A stretch of 64,000 nt of DNA from Candidatus Omnitrophota bacterium (GTDB lineage: Bacteria > Omnitrophota > Gorgyraeia > 2-01-FULL-45-10), in contig JBAZNZ010000003.1 in NCBI GenBank assembly GCA_041648975.1, positions 9,664 through 73,663 of the forward strand, in the 5' to 3' direction. Shown piece by piece: positions 37,119 through 46,363 of this stretch; within the stretch, counting starts at the first letter, position 1, and every line of letters begins with the position of its first letter. The notes beneath the pieces are model-generated. The model saw only the letters and a list, made by a program, of their open reading frames with translations. It made no database searches and was not told the DNA's origin. Position numbers and translations under genes: made by a program.

Positions 37119-38164
37119 TGCGAAGATATGTTACGATTGCGGGAAGGAAGATAGGAGAAGGCCGGCCGGTATTTATCATAGCCGAGGCCGGCGTGAACCA
37201 TAATGGCAGCCTTGCCATAGCGATGAAGATGGTCGACGCGGCTAAAAACGCCGGCGCCGACGCCGTTAAATTCCAGACCTTTAGGGCAGAGGAGCTTGTG
37301 GTGAAGGACGCGCCGAAAGCCGCTTATCAAAAGAGGGCGGTCCCCGGGAAATCGCAGTTCCAGATGCTCAAGTCGCTTGAGCTCTCCGAAGAAGCGTTTA
37401 AAAGATTATCCGATCACTGCAAAAAAAGAAAGATACTATTCCTCTCTACTCCGTTCGATCTTCAAAGCGCCACTCTCTTGAATAGGCTTGGAGTGTCCGC
37501 CTTTAAGATCAGTTCGGGTGAGATAACCAACACCCCTTTACTAAAACAGGCAGCCGGATACGGGAAACCGATCATCCTTTCTACCGGCATGTCAACTCTA
37601 CGTGAGGTGAGGGAAGCCGTTGATGTAATTTATTCGGCCGGCAACAGGCGCCTGATACTGCTGCACTGCACTTCTAATTATCCGGCGCGTTACGAAGACG
37701 CCAATCTAAGGGCGATCGTTACGCTTCAGAAAAATTTTGACTGTCCGGTAGGATATTCGGATCACACAGAAGGATTGGAGGCGTCGATTGCGGCGACGGC
37801 ATTAGGAGCCTGTGTTATCGAGAGACATTTTACCCTGGACAGAGCCATGAAGGGCCCGGACCATAAGGCGTCCTTAGACGTTAAGGGGCTGGAGGATCTG
37901 GTGAGGTCTGTCAGAAATACCGAAAAGTCCATGGGCGGCGGCATAAAAGCCCCTGCCTCCGCCGAGGAAGAAGTGAAGAGGATAGCAAGGAAGAGCGTCG
38001 TGGCGCTTGAAGATATCCCAAAAGGCCGAACAATAAGACGGAGCATGCTTACGGTGAAGAGGCCAGGGACAGGTTTGAGTCCTAAATACCTGTATATTCT
38101 GGATGGAAAGAAAGCCAAACTACGCATAAAGAAGGACGAGGTCTTGACCTCGGATATGATATGA
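37118..38164 (+). CDS. NeuB-family nonulosonic acid synthase with SAF domain (NeuB/LegI-like)
   Basis: FIIAEAGVNHNGSLAIA, DAVKFQTF, GYSDHTEG, C-terminal SAF region. The track start at 37067 was moved to ATG 37118. Confidence 0.85.
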   Translation: MRRYVTIAGRKIGEGRPVFIIAEAGVNHNGSLAIAMKMVDAAKNAGADAVKFQTFRAEELVVKDAPKAAYQKRAVPGKSQFQMLKSLELSEEAFKRLSDHCKKRKILFLSTPFDLQSATLLNRLGVSAFKISSGEITNTPLLKQAAGYGKPIILSTGMSTLREVREAVDVIYSAGNRRLILLHCTSNYPARYEDANLRAIVTLQKNFDCPVGYSDHTEGLEASIAATALGACVIERHFTLDRAMKGPDHKASLDVKGLEDLVRSVRNTEKSMGGGIKAPASAEEEVKRIARKSVVALEDIPKGRTIRRSMLTVKRPGTGLSPKYLYILDGKKAKLRIKKDEVLTSDMI

Positions 38165-39306
38165 AACGTAAAGTCTGCGTTATAACAGGGTCGCGGTCGG
38201 ATTATGGGATTCTCCAACCGGTGATGAAGGCGATAAAAAAATCTAAGCGCCTGGAACTCTTTGTTATCGCCACTTCCATGCATCTGATGAAGGAATTCGG
38301 CTATACGGTCCGCGAGATAGAGAAAGACGGTTTTCATATAAACAACAGGATAAACATTTCGTATTGGGAGGATACCGGCCATGCAATGGCGTTCTCCGTC
38401 GGGAAGGCCGTATCGATGTTCTCTGACAGTTTTCTCCGGCTGAAGCCCGATATAGTATTGGTGCTGGGCGATAGAGGAGAGATGCTTGCCGCGGCCATCG
38501 CCGCGAATTATATGAATATACCCGTCGCGCACATTCACGGAGGCGAGGTGTCGGGGCACATAGACGGACTTGTCAGGCACGCTATAACGAAGTTGTCCAA
38601 CATACACTTTCCCGCTACGGATAAGGCGAAAGAAAGGATAAAAAAGCTGGGTGAGAGGCCGGATACGGTCTTTAAAGTCGGCGCGCCTGCCCTGGATAGT
38701 GTACTATCCGGCCGTTACGCGGGCAAGAAAGAACTTCTTAAGAAATACGGCCTCAATGACGGTCCGACATTGATCGTGGTCCAGCATCCTGTAAGCGCCG
38801 AAACAGGCAAGTCGGCGTCGCATATGCGGACGACGCTGGAAGCGGTCAAAGAGTTACAGATACAGACTATTGTAATATACTCCAATGCCGACGCCGGAGG
38901 CAGGAAGATGATCGATGTGATAAAAAGATACGAGAGGCATTCGCTCATAAAAGCCTTTAAGAGCATACCGCACGCAGACTACCTGGGGCTTATGAGAATA
39001 TCGTCCGTCCTGGTGGGAAATTCTTCAAGCGGTATTATCGAAGCCGCTTCGTTCAAGCTTCCGGTCGTAAATATTGGCGATCGACAAAGGGGCCGCGAGC
39101 GTTGCGGTAACGTCATAGACGCCGATCATGGGATGAACGCAATTTTAAGGGCGATCAAAAAGGCGCTTTTCGATAAGAAATTCAGGAATAAGGTGAGACA
39201 TTGCAATAATCCTTACGGCGACGGTCACGCAGGGCAACGTATAGCAGACAGACTGGCCGCAATACGCCTGAACAAAGAACTGCTTGTTAAGCAATTGACC
39301 TATTGA
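38161..39306 (+). CDS. UDP/GDP-N-acetylglucosamine 2-epimerase (hydrolysing), NeuC/LegG family
   Basis: VCVITGSRSDYGILQP, HIHGGEVSG, 381 aa. Confidence 0.85.
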   Translation: MKRKVCVITGSRSDYGILQPVMKAIKKSKRLELFVIATSMHLMKEFGYTVREIEKDGFHINNRINISYWEDTGHAMAFSVGKAVSMFSDSFLRLKPDIVLVLGDRGEMLAAAIAANYMNIPVAHIHGGEVSGHIDGLVRHAITKLSNIHFPATDKAKERIKKLGERPDTVFKVGAPALDSVLSGRYAGKKELLKKYGLNDGPTLIVVQHPVSAETGKSASHMRTTLEAVKELQIQTIVIYSNADAGGRKMIDVIKRYERHSLIKAFKSIPHADYLGLMRISSVLVGNSSSGIIEAASFKLPVVNIGDRQRGRERCGNVIDADHGMNAILRAIKKALFDKKFRNKVRHCNNPYGDGHAGQRIADRLAAIRLNKELLVKQLTY

Positions 39307-39314
39307 GGGGCAAA

Positions 39315-39938
39315 ATGAAGAAAAGGGAAAAGATCGTGATATTCGGCGCCGGCGGGCATGGCAGGGTAGTCCTCGATATCCTCGCGGAGGCAGGCGCCGA
39401 TACAGCCGGTTTTATCGATGAGGATATACAAAAGGCAGGCTCTATTATAAACGGTTTTAAGGTCCTGGGAGACTGGAAGTATCTGGAGGGCAGGAAGGAT
39501 CTCTCTGTCGCCCTGGGTATAGGCGATAATGAAATGCGTGAGAAGATATTCAGAAAAGCAAAAAAGTTTGGCCTGGATATCCGCTCAGCCGTACATCCGA
39601 AGGCAGTCATTTCCAGAACGGCAAAACTTGGCGAAGGCGTTGTCATTATGGCCGGGGCGGTGGTCAATACTGGCGCCGCGCTGGAAGACGGGGTTGTGGT
39701 TAATACAGGAGCGACGGTCGATCACGATTGCCGTCTCGGAAGGTTCTGCCAGTTATGGCCCGGTTCGCATCTGGCGGGCACTGTAAGTGTCGGTGAATTT
39801 TCGTATATCGGTACGGGCGCATCCGTTATCAATAATATAAGAATAGGCAGGGAAGTCACAGTGGGCGCAGGGGCCGCGGTCATATCGGATATACCCGATA
39901 ACGTGAAGGCTGTAGGCGTGCCCGCAAAAATTATATAA
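39315..39938 (+). CDS. Hexapeptide-repeat sugar N-acetyltransferase (NeuD/PglD family)
   Basis: IVIFGAGGHGRVVLDIL N-terminal Rossmann-like region, then left-handed beta-helix hexapeptide repeats. The track TTG start at 39303 was moved to ATG 39315, which has a GAGGGG Shine-Dalgarno. Confidence 0.8.
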   Translation: MKKREKIVIFGAGGHGRVVLDILAEAGADTAGFIDEDIQKAGSIINGFKVLGDWKYLEGRKDLSVALGIGDNEMREKIFRKAKKFGLDIRSAVHPKAVISRTAKLGEGVVIMAGAVVNTGAALEDGVVVNTGATVDHDCRLGRFCQLWPGSHLAGTVSVGEFSYIGTGASVINNIRIGREVTVGAGAAVISDIPDNVKAVGVPAKII

Positions 39939-39949
39939 GGAAATATGTC

Positions 39950-41329
39950 ATGAAGCTGAAAAACCTTAAAGATGTCATTGCCGGCGCGGGGTCGTCGATA
40001 AAAGACGTCATGAGACTTATCGACCATTCGGGCTTGAGAGTAGCTTACATAGTAGACGCGCAAAAAAGATTGGCAGGAGCCATAAGCGATAGCGAGATCA
40101 GGAAGGCGATCCTGCGGGGTGTGGACATTCGTAACAAAGCGTTGGATATAGCCAATCCCGACCCGATCGTCTTCCGGGAAGAAGACGCGGCAAATCCTTA
40201 TTCCGCGGAGCGGGCCGTCAAGCGCTTGCTGGAGAAGATGCCGGACAGCCGCTATATTCTTGTCGTTGACAGGAATAGCCGGCCGAAAAAGATCGTGCGC
40301 TGCCGGGCATTCACAAGCGTGGCGAATAAAGAAAAACATGAACATACGGGAAGGAAGATACTTGTGGTGGGCGGCGCGGGATATCTGGGATCTATCCTTG
40401 TAAGAAAGCTTCTCGCGCGCGATATCAAGGTCAGAGTCCTCGATATCCTGATGTACGGGTCAAAATCGGTAGAGGGCCTTCTTAAAAACAGGATGTTCGA
40501 ACTTGTAAATGGCGATATGCGTGACATATCTACAATAGTCAGGGCGCTGTCGGGCGTCGACGCGGTTGTCAACCTTGCGGCGATAGTAGGCGACCCGGCC
40601 TGCAAAAACAGGCCTGAAGCGGCGATAGAGACAAACTACCTCGCGAATAAGGCCTTGGCCGAGGCGTGCAAGTATCACCAGATAAACAGGTTCGTCTATG
40701 CCTCTACGTGCAGCGTGTACGGGACGATGGATGGGAATAAACTACTGGACGAAAATTCCGCCCTCAATCCGGTTTCGCTCTACGCCAGGTCCAAGATACA
40801 TGCCGAGGAGGGGATACTAAGCCTCATGGACGAGAACTTCTCCCCGACCATATTGCGGATGGGGACATTATACGGCTGTTCGCCGAGGATGAGGTTTGAC
40901 CTCGTAGTGAATACAATGACTAAAACAGCGGTGAAGTCAGGCAGGATATCGGTCCATGGAGGCGGTAAACAGTGGCGTCCTATGCTGCATGTCGACGATG
41001 CCGCCGAGGCCTACATAAAATGTCTGGAGGCCCCTATTCACAGGATAAGAGGCGAGATATTCAATGTCGGCTCGGAAGACGAGAACTACAGGATAATCCG
41101 CCTGGCAGAGATAGTGAAGGGGTGTGTACCGGGCTCGAAGCTGGTAATGGAGGGGAAGGCAAATGATCCGAGGAACTATTCGGTCTCATTCGCCAAGATA
41201 AGGAAGGCCCTGAAGTTCAGGCCTGTCGTCAGGATGGAGAAGGGCGTCATGGACATAAAGAAGAAGATAGGCGAGGAGATCGATAACGTGGACGATCCGA
41301 AATATTATAACGTGGAATACAGCCAATGA
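39950..41329 (+). CDS. Fusion of tandem CBS domains with an NAD-dependent epimerase/dehydratase (SDR) domain
   Basis: N-terminal about 120 aa CBS-pair-like region (VMRLIDHSGLRVAYIVD...AISDSEIRKAIL). Then VVGGAGYLGSILVRKL Rossmann and YARSK (YxxxK). Confidence 0.75.
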   Translation: MKLKNLKDVIAGAGSSIKDVMRLIDHSGLRVAYIVDAQKRLAGAISDSEIRKAILRGVDIRNKALDIANPDPIVFREEDAANPYSAERAVKRLLEKMPDSRYILVVDRNSRPKKIVRCRAFTSVANKEKHEHTGRKILVVGGAGYLGSILVRKLLARDIKVRVLDILMYGSKSVEGLLKNRMFELVNGDMRDISTIVRALSGVDAVVNLAAIVGDPACKNRPEAAIETNYLANKALAEACKYHQINRFVYASTCSVYGTMDGNKLLDENSALNPVSLYARSKIHAEEGILSLMDENFSPTILRMGTLYGCSPRMRFDLVVNTMTKTAVKSGRISVHGGGKQWRPMLHVDDAAEAYIKCLEAPIHRIRGEIFNVGSEDENYRIIRLAEIVKGCVPGSKLVMEGKANDPRNYSVSFAKIRKALKFRPVVRMEKGVMDIKKKIGEEIDNVDDPKYYNVEYSQ

Positions 41330-42510
41330 ACCATAAAGAGAAGCCGGCGATATTAGGCGGAAAACCCGTTTTCAAAGAACCGGTCCCCATTACCAGGCCC
41401 ACTATCGGCCGCATAGGGCGCCTGAAGAAAGCGTTTGGGGAGATATTGCGCACCAGGATGATCACGAACTCGGATTACGTCAGGCGTTTCGAATCGAAGC
41501 TGTCGAGGCATATAGGGGTAAAACACGCCGTTGCACTTTCCAGCTGCACAAGCGGGCTCATGCTGATAATGAAAGCGCTTGAGCTGAAGGGTGAGGTGAT
41601 AATGCCGAGCTTCACCTTTCACGCTACTGCCCACGCGGCAGTATGGAACGGCCTTAAGCCGGTATTTGTCGACTGCAATATAGATACCTACAATATTGAC
41701 CCGGACGAAGTGGAAAGATCCATCACATCCAGAACGTCGGCGATAGTCGCAGTGCACATATTCGGGAACCCGCCGGACATAGGAGCCCTGACCAAGATAG
41801 CTAAAAGGCACGGGCTGAAGCTGGTCTTTGATGCCGCCCACGGCCTCGGATCCGCATATAAAGGGAAGAGGGTGGGTTGTTTTGGGGACGCCGAATCGTT
41901 CAGTTTGAGTCCCACCAAACTTCTGACCACCGGCGAGGGCGGCGTAGTGACGACGAATAATGACCGGATCGCCAATTTCGTCCGTATGGGCAGGACGTAT
42001 GGGGATCCTGGTAGTTACGATCCCGCGTTCTCGGGCCTCAGCTCGAGAATGACGGAGTTTTCCGCGCTGCTCGGTATCGAAGGGCTCGACCTCCTGGAAG
42101 AAAACGCAAGACGGAGGAACAGGCTGGCCGGATTGTACAAAGAACTGTTATCCGGGATACCCGGCCTGAGTTTTCAGAAAATAGATAAAAGCCTCCGGTC
42201 GAGCTATAAGGACTTCTCGGTCCTGGTCGATAAGGATATGTTCGGCTTGTCGAGGGACTTACTCTTTGATTCTTTGGCCGCCGAGAACATTAGCGCCAAA
42301 AAATATTTTTATCCTCCTGTACACCGCCAGAGAGCATTCGCCTCTTTCGGCCAGGCCGGCAAAAAGCTAAAAAATACAGAAATACTGTCCGACAACTCAT
42401 TGAGCCTGCCGCTCTATTCCGATATGCCGGAGTCCGACGTAAGTAAGATATGTCTTGCCGTGCGCCGCTCGCATCGTTATGCCCGGGAGATATCGAAGGC
42501 CGAGAGATGA
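41326..42510 (+). CDS. DegT-family sugar aminotransferase
   Basis: PAILGGKPVF, SCTSGLMLIM, SLSPTKLLTTGEGG. Confidence 0.85.
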   Translation: MNHKEKPAILGGKPVFKEPVPITRPTIGRIGRLKKAFGEILRTRMITNSDYVRRFESKLSRHIGVKHAVALSSCTSGLMLIMKALELKGEVIMPSFTFHATAHAAVWNGLKPVFVDCNIDTYNIDPDEVERSITSRTSAIVAVHIFGNPPDIGALTKIAKRHGLKLVFDAAHGLGSAYKGKRVGCFGDAESFSLSPTKLLTTGEGGVVTTNNDRIANFVRMGRTYGDPGSYDPAFSGLSSRMTEFSALLGIEGLDLLEENARRRNRLAGLYKELLSGIPGLSFQKIDKSLRSSYKDFSVLVDKDMFGLSRDLLFDSLAAENISAKKYFYPPVHRQRAFASFGQAGKKLKNTEILSDNSLSLPLYSDMPESDVSKICLAVRRSHRYAREISKAER

Positions 42511-43664
42511 AAAAGATATGTTTTTTCTTACAGACGCCTCTCACAAGACGCGATTATGAAAGATTCGGAGTAGAGTTGCTTAGAAATATTGGGTTTGAGG
42601 TATTGTTCCTGGATATGACGGCAGTCATGAATCCTGATTATAAGTCATCAGAAAAGATTGCTACGGATAGTACAGTATACTGTAATACTTACGATGATGC
42701 AGATAAATTTCTGAGGGATAGCGGGGATATGTTCGGTATAGACATGATAGGCGCCCGCGTGATAAACGTATTTTTTTACAGGATATTGAAAAGACATAAG
42801 GTACGCTATGCCGCTTTTTGTGCTAATAGTATTCCGACCTCTTATTCCTGGAACAGCAAAGGCATGGATCTTATCGGAAATATAAAAATATTATTTGGAA
42901 GCATAGTTTGGCGGCTTCCGAATTCATTGTTGGGGCTGCCTACGCCAGATTATGTCTTAGCCGGCGGAGAGAGATATTCTCCAAAACGACCTCAACCCGG
43001 CAGTGCCACGCGGGTAATATGGGCACATTCACTTGATTACGATAAATATCTGGAATATTGTTTGAGCGACCGCATTCCTCTTATTGACGGAGGGTATGCC
43101 GTTTTTCTTGACGAATATTTTCCGCTACATCCAGATTATAATATAAAAGGCGGTATGCATAAAAATCCTTTTAGCGAGGACAGGCAAGGCGAATATTATA
43201 CAGGAATGAACAGGTTTTTTTCTTATCTGGAAAACCGTATTGGCATACCTATCGCTATCGCTGCACACCCGAAGTCGAAGTACGAAGACATGCCGGGTGT
43301 GTTCGGAGAGCGTAAGATGTTTAAAGGTAAAACTATAGAATTGGTGTCGCGCGCCAGATATGTAATAGCACACGTCAGCACTTCCGTAAATTTTGCGGTA
43401 TTGTTCAGAAAACCGATAGTATTCGTTACCATGAATGCGATGGAAAGTACGCCTTATGGTCCTTTAATATCGAATTTCGCATCTCAATTTAATGAGAGGG
43501 TTGTCAATATAGATCTTGACCCTGCCGGTTGGCCTGCGAAAGAACCGGTTATTGTGGCAGAGGGGCCGTATAAGGAATACGTTAGGCGTTTTATCAAAAC
43601 CGACGGTTCTCCGCAACTTCCGTTCTGGCAGATAGTGGGCGACAGGCTAAAGGCTTATAACTGA
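42507..43664 (+). CDS. Hypothetical protein; candidate GT-B-like (sialyl/NulO- or capsule-type) transferase
   Basis: No signature motif recognised. Two His-Pro dipeptides (FPLHPDY, AAHPKSKY). Sits just after the CMP-nonulosonate pathway. ATGA overlap places the start at 42507. Confidence 0.3.
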   Translation: MKKICFFLQTPLTRRDYERFGVELLRNIGFEVLFLDMTAVMNPDYKSSEKIATDSTVYCNTYDDADKFLRDSGDMFGIDMIGARVINVFFYRILKRHKVRYAAFCANSIPTSYSWNSKGMDLIGNIKILFGSIVWRLPNSLLGLPTPDYVLAGGERYSPKRPQPGSATRVIWAHSLDYDKYLEYCLSDRIPLIDGGYAVFLDEYFPLHPDYNIKGGMHKNPFSEDRQGEYYTGMNRFFSYLENRIGIPIAIAAHPKSKYEDMPGVFGERKMFKGKTIELVSRARYVIAHVSTSVNFAVLFRKPIVFVTMNAMESTPYGPLISNFASQFNERVVNIDLDPAGWPAKEPVIVAEGPYKEYVRRFIKTDGSPQLPFWQIVGDRLKAYN

Positions 43665-43665
43665 T

Positions 43666-45633
43666 ATGACTAAGATGGCAGTATTCGAAAAGTTGAGTTT
43701 CATCTCGCTTCCCATCGCGGCGGGTTATCTGGCCATGGGATATGAGGTGGGCTATTTCGATAAGAACGTATCGTCCGCTTTTTCAGTGTTATACGGATAT
43801 TTTCATCGCACCGGGAAGATCAAGAAAATGCCGCCGGAAGACTTTACTCTTGCGATGCAGTATGAAGCCCATAACGCGGCGCTTGACATCGTAGAGAGCG
43901 CATATGAGGTGCGCTTCAGTAAGAGCGGTGCCATAAGGCTTATAGCAAGGATGATGGGTTCCGACCTGGTCCATTCTATTTACAAAAAAGCCCTCCTTGC
44001 AAGGATATACGATTATTATCGTATGCAGTCGGTGTTGAATAAGATGGCGGTTGACGCCGGTCCCGGCAGCCGGCTTTGTTTTGTCGCCTGCGATTATATG
44101 GTCATGGAGAAGATGACCGCTTTCGGCAAGCCGCGCGGCGGTCTCGATAAACGTTTTTTCATATCATGGTGGTCGCGCATATTGTCATTAGCTGCGGGGA
44201 TGGGCGGTTATATAGCAAATATATTCTGCCTTTTTGCCTTTCCCGTATGGATATCGGCCAAAGTGAAAAAGGTAGACCGTGACAAGCCGCTGGTAAAGGA
44301 CTATCAGGCCGGTATCCGCGTATATCAGGGAGATTTCGGGATGTGCGGCAAATACCGCTCCATGGATTTTATTCTCGATGGCAGGGACCTCAATGCCTCG
44401 AATGTCCTTTTCTGCGCGGAGACGTATTTGTCCGGGGACTACGTTTCCGAGATAAGAAAACGTGGATACAGCCTTGTTGTCCTGCCGGAGATACTGTGCC
44501 GTGTCAGCCGCGCATTCTTAAAGGAAAAGGTATTCAAAGTCTTTCTGCCTTTCTGGGCCCAGTCCATGGCCGCCTCTTTGACGGAAAGCGGTTTTATAAC
44601 CAAGACGACCGTGACCATATTACGCGATTATCTCCTGTGGTCCAGGTTCCTGGATGAGTTCCGTATTAAGCACTACGCAGTCTACAACAATTATGAACGT
44701 GGGCACATAACGAGGAACATCCTCCTTTCGAAGAGGGACGTCACTACCTGGTATTATATACATTCCGGTCACAATCCGGACCTCTTCAATGCCCCGGACG
44801 AACCCGATTACAGACATACATTCTTCTCCTATATGTATTATGACAGGTTCCTGTCTTGGGGCGGCAGGGTGACGCGGTATTATTCATCTTTCATTACCCA
44901 TATTGGGAAGTTTGAGAACTCGGGATGCCTGTGGTCGGAGCATGTGAGGAAGGCGGCGGAGGACAAAGAACTTTATTCCTCAAAGCGAAGGTCTATTCTC
45001 AAAAGCCTGGGCAGGGACTCGGGCAGGATAGTGGCCGTATTCGATACGACGGTAGGAGCGGATGCGCCCCTGCAGCTTGAGGACATGGCCGCTTTTGTGA
45101 CTGGCATAGTGAGGCTTATGGATGAAGACCCTGATATCGTGGTCGTTTTCAAGGAAAAATGGCTGTGGAATGAATTGCTGGAGCGTGAACCCGGGATAGC
45201 GTCTTATTATCAGAAGCTTTATGAGCATGCGCGCTGTTACCGTACAGGAGGCAGCAACAGGGACTCCACGGAAGTGATGGCTGTTTCCGATCTTGTCATA
45301 TCCGCTCCTTTTACGGCACCTACAACGGAAGCGCTCGGCGCCCGGAAAAAGGCGATCTATTTCGATGCCACGAACAGGTTCAGGGGTCGTTTCTACGACA
45401 CGTTCCCGAAGCTGGTTGCTCATAATTATAATGAGTTGAAAGGCCTTGTACGTTACTGGCTGGACGAGGCTTCGGACAAGGATTTCAGCGACTATCTCGA
45501 CAGGCATATAAAAGGCAAGATAGACGCTTATGTCGACGGCAGGGGAATAACGAGATTCCGCGCCTTTCTGTGCGGAAAGGAAGAGGCAGCCAAGCATGGT
45601 GAAGATAGCTACGCCCATATCGGGTCTTTTTAA
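43666..45633 (+). CDS. Hypothetical large protein (655 aa), function unknown
   Basis: Long uninterrupted ORF with uniform codon usage and no recognisable motif. Confidence 0.3.
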   Translation: MTKMAVFEKLSFISLPIAAGYLAMGYEVGYFDKNVSSAFSVLYGYFHRTGKIKKMPPEDFTLAMQYEAHNAALDIVESAYEVRFSKSGAIRLIARMMGSDLVHSIYKKALLARIYDYYRMQSVLNKMAVDAGPGSRLCFVACDYMVMEKMTAFGKPRGGLDKRFFISWWSRILSLAAGMGGYIANIFCLFAFPVWISAKVKKVDRDKPLVKDYQAGIRVYQGDFGMCGKYRSMDFILDGRDLNASNVLFCAETYLSGDYVSEIRKRGYSLVVLPEILCRVSRAFLKEKVFKVFLPFWAQSMAASLTESGFITKTTVTILRDYLLWSRFLDEFRIKHYAVYNNYERGHITRNILLSKRDVTTWYYIHSGHNPDLFNAPDEPDYRHTFFSYMYYDRFLSWGGRVTRYYSSFITHIGKFENSGCLWSEHVRKAAEDKELYSSKRRSILKSLGRDSGRIVAVFDTTVGADAPLQLEDMAAFVTGIVRLMDEDPDIVVVFKEKWLWNELLEREPGIASYYQKLYEHARCYRTGGSNRDSTEVMAVSDLVISAPFTAPTTEALGARKKAIYFDATNRFRGRFYDTFPKLVAHNYNELKGLVRYWLDEASDKDFSDYLDRHIKGKIDAYVDGRGITRFRAFLCGKEEAAKHGEDSYAHIGSF

Positions 45634-46363
45634 AGATAAGGCCGCCGCGCTCTCTATATCGGCGCATTCGGACTGCCTGGAGTTCCGCGACCATAGCCTG
45701 GGCTCAGAGCTTAAGAAGCAGGAGATATTTCATTGCGACCTGCAACCTATACATGTTTTTAGCGATAAAGAGACAGGTTACTTGCGGCATGTCAAAAAAA
45801 ATAAGCCGGGATTGAAGCTTGTTACTTTTCACATCGCTTCATGCTGCGACAGGCCCAGGCTTAAAGGCGGCATGTTCGAGCCAGGCGGCAGGCGTTACAC
45901 GAGACAGGAGTTGCTGAGGACGGCCGGGCGCAATTTCAGGGCGATAAAGAGGATATTTGGCAGTAAGACGAAGATCGCCGTCGAGAACAACAACTTTTAT
46001 CCTACGGGCGCGTATAAATATATCACGGACGCGGATTTCGTTTCGGAGATGGTCCGCGGGAATGCCATATATTTCGTGTTTGACATCGCGCACGGCGTGA
46101 TAACGTCCCGAAACAGGGGGATCGACTACCGCGGATACAAGAGGGCGCTTCCGATGGACAGGGCGGTGCAGTTGCATGTAAGCGCCCCGGGATCGCGACA
46201 CGGCATTGCCTATGACGCGCATAGGCTGCCGGGCGATAATGAGTATGGGGAGGTCAGGGAGCTGCTGGCGGAATATCCCGGTATAGAATATGTGACCGTG
46301 GAGTATTATAAAGGCGCCAAGGATCTTGTCGCCTCACTGGAAAGGATGAGAAGGTTGCTATGA
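45596..46363 (+). CDS. Hypothetical protein; possible DUF692/xylose-isomerase-like TIM-barrel (MNIO-like) enzyme
   Basis: PISGLF, CLEFRDHS, LVTFHIAS, IAVENNNFYP and FVFDIAHG loosely parallel the conserved DUF692 blocks (GVGLR, WVEIHSEN, LSLHGVGLS, LENVS, LLDVNH). Confidence 0.3.
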   Translation: MVKIATPISGLFKDKAAALSISAHSDCLEFRDHSLGSELKKQEIFHCDLQPIHVFSDKETGYLRHVKKNKPGLKLVTFHIASCCDRPRLKGGMFEPGGRRYTRQELLRTAGRNFRAIKRIFGSKTKIAVENNNFYPTGAYKYITDADFVSEMVRGNAIYFVFDIAHGVITSRNRGIDYRGYKRALPMDRAVQLHVSAPGSRHGIAYDAHRLPGDNEYGEVRELLAEYPGIEYVTVEYYKGAKDLVASLERMRRLL

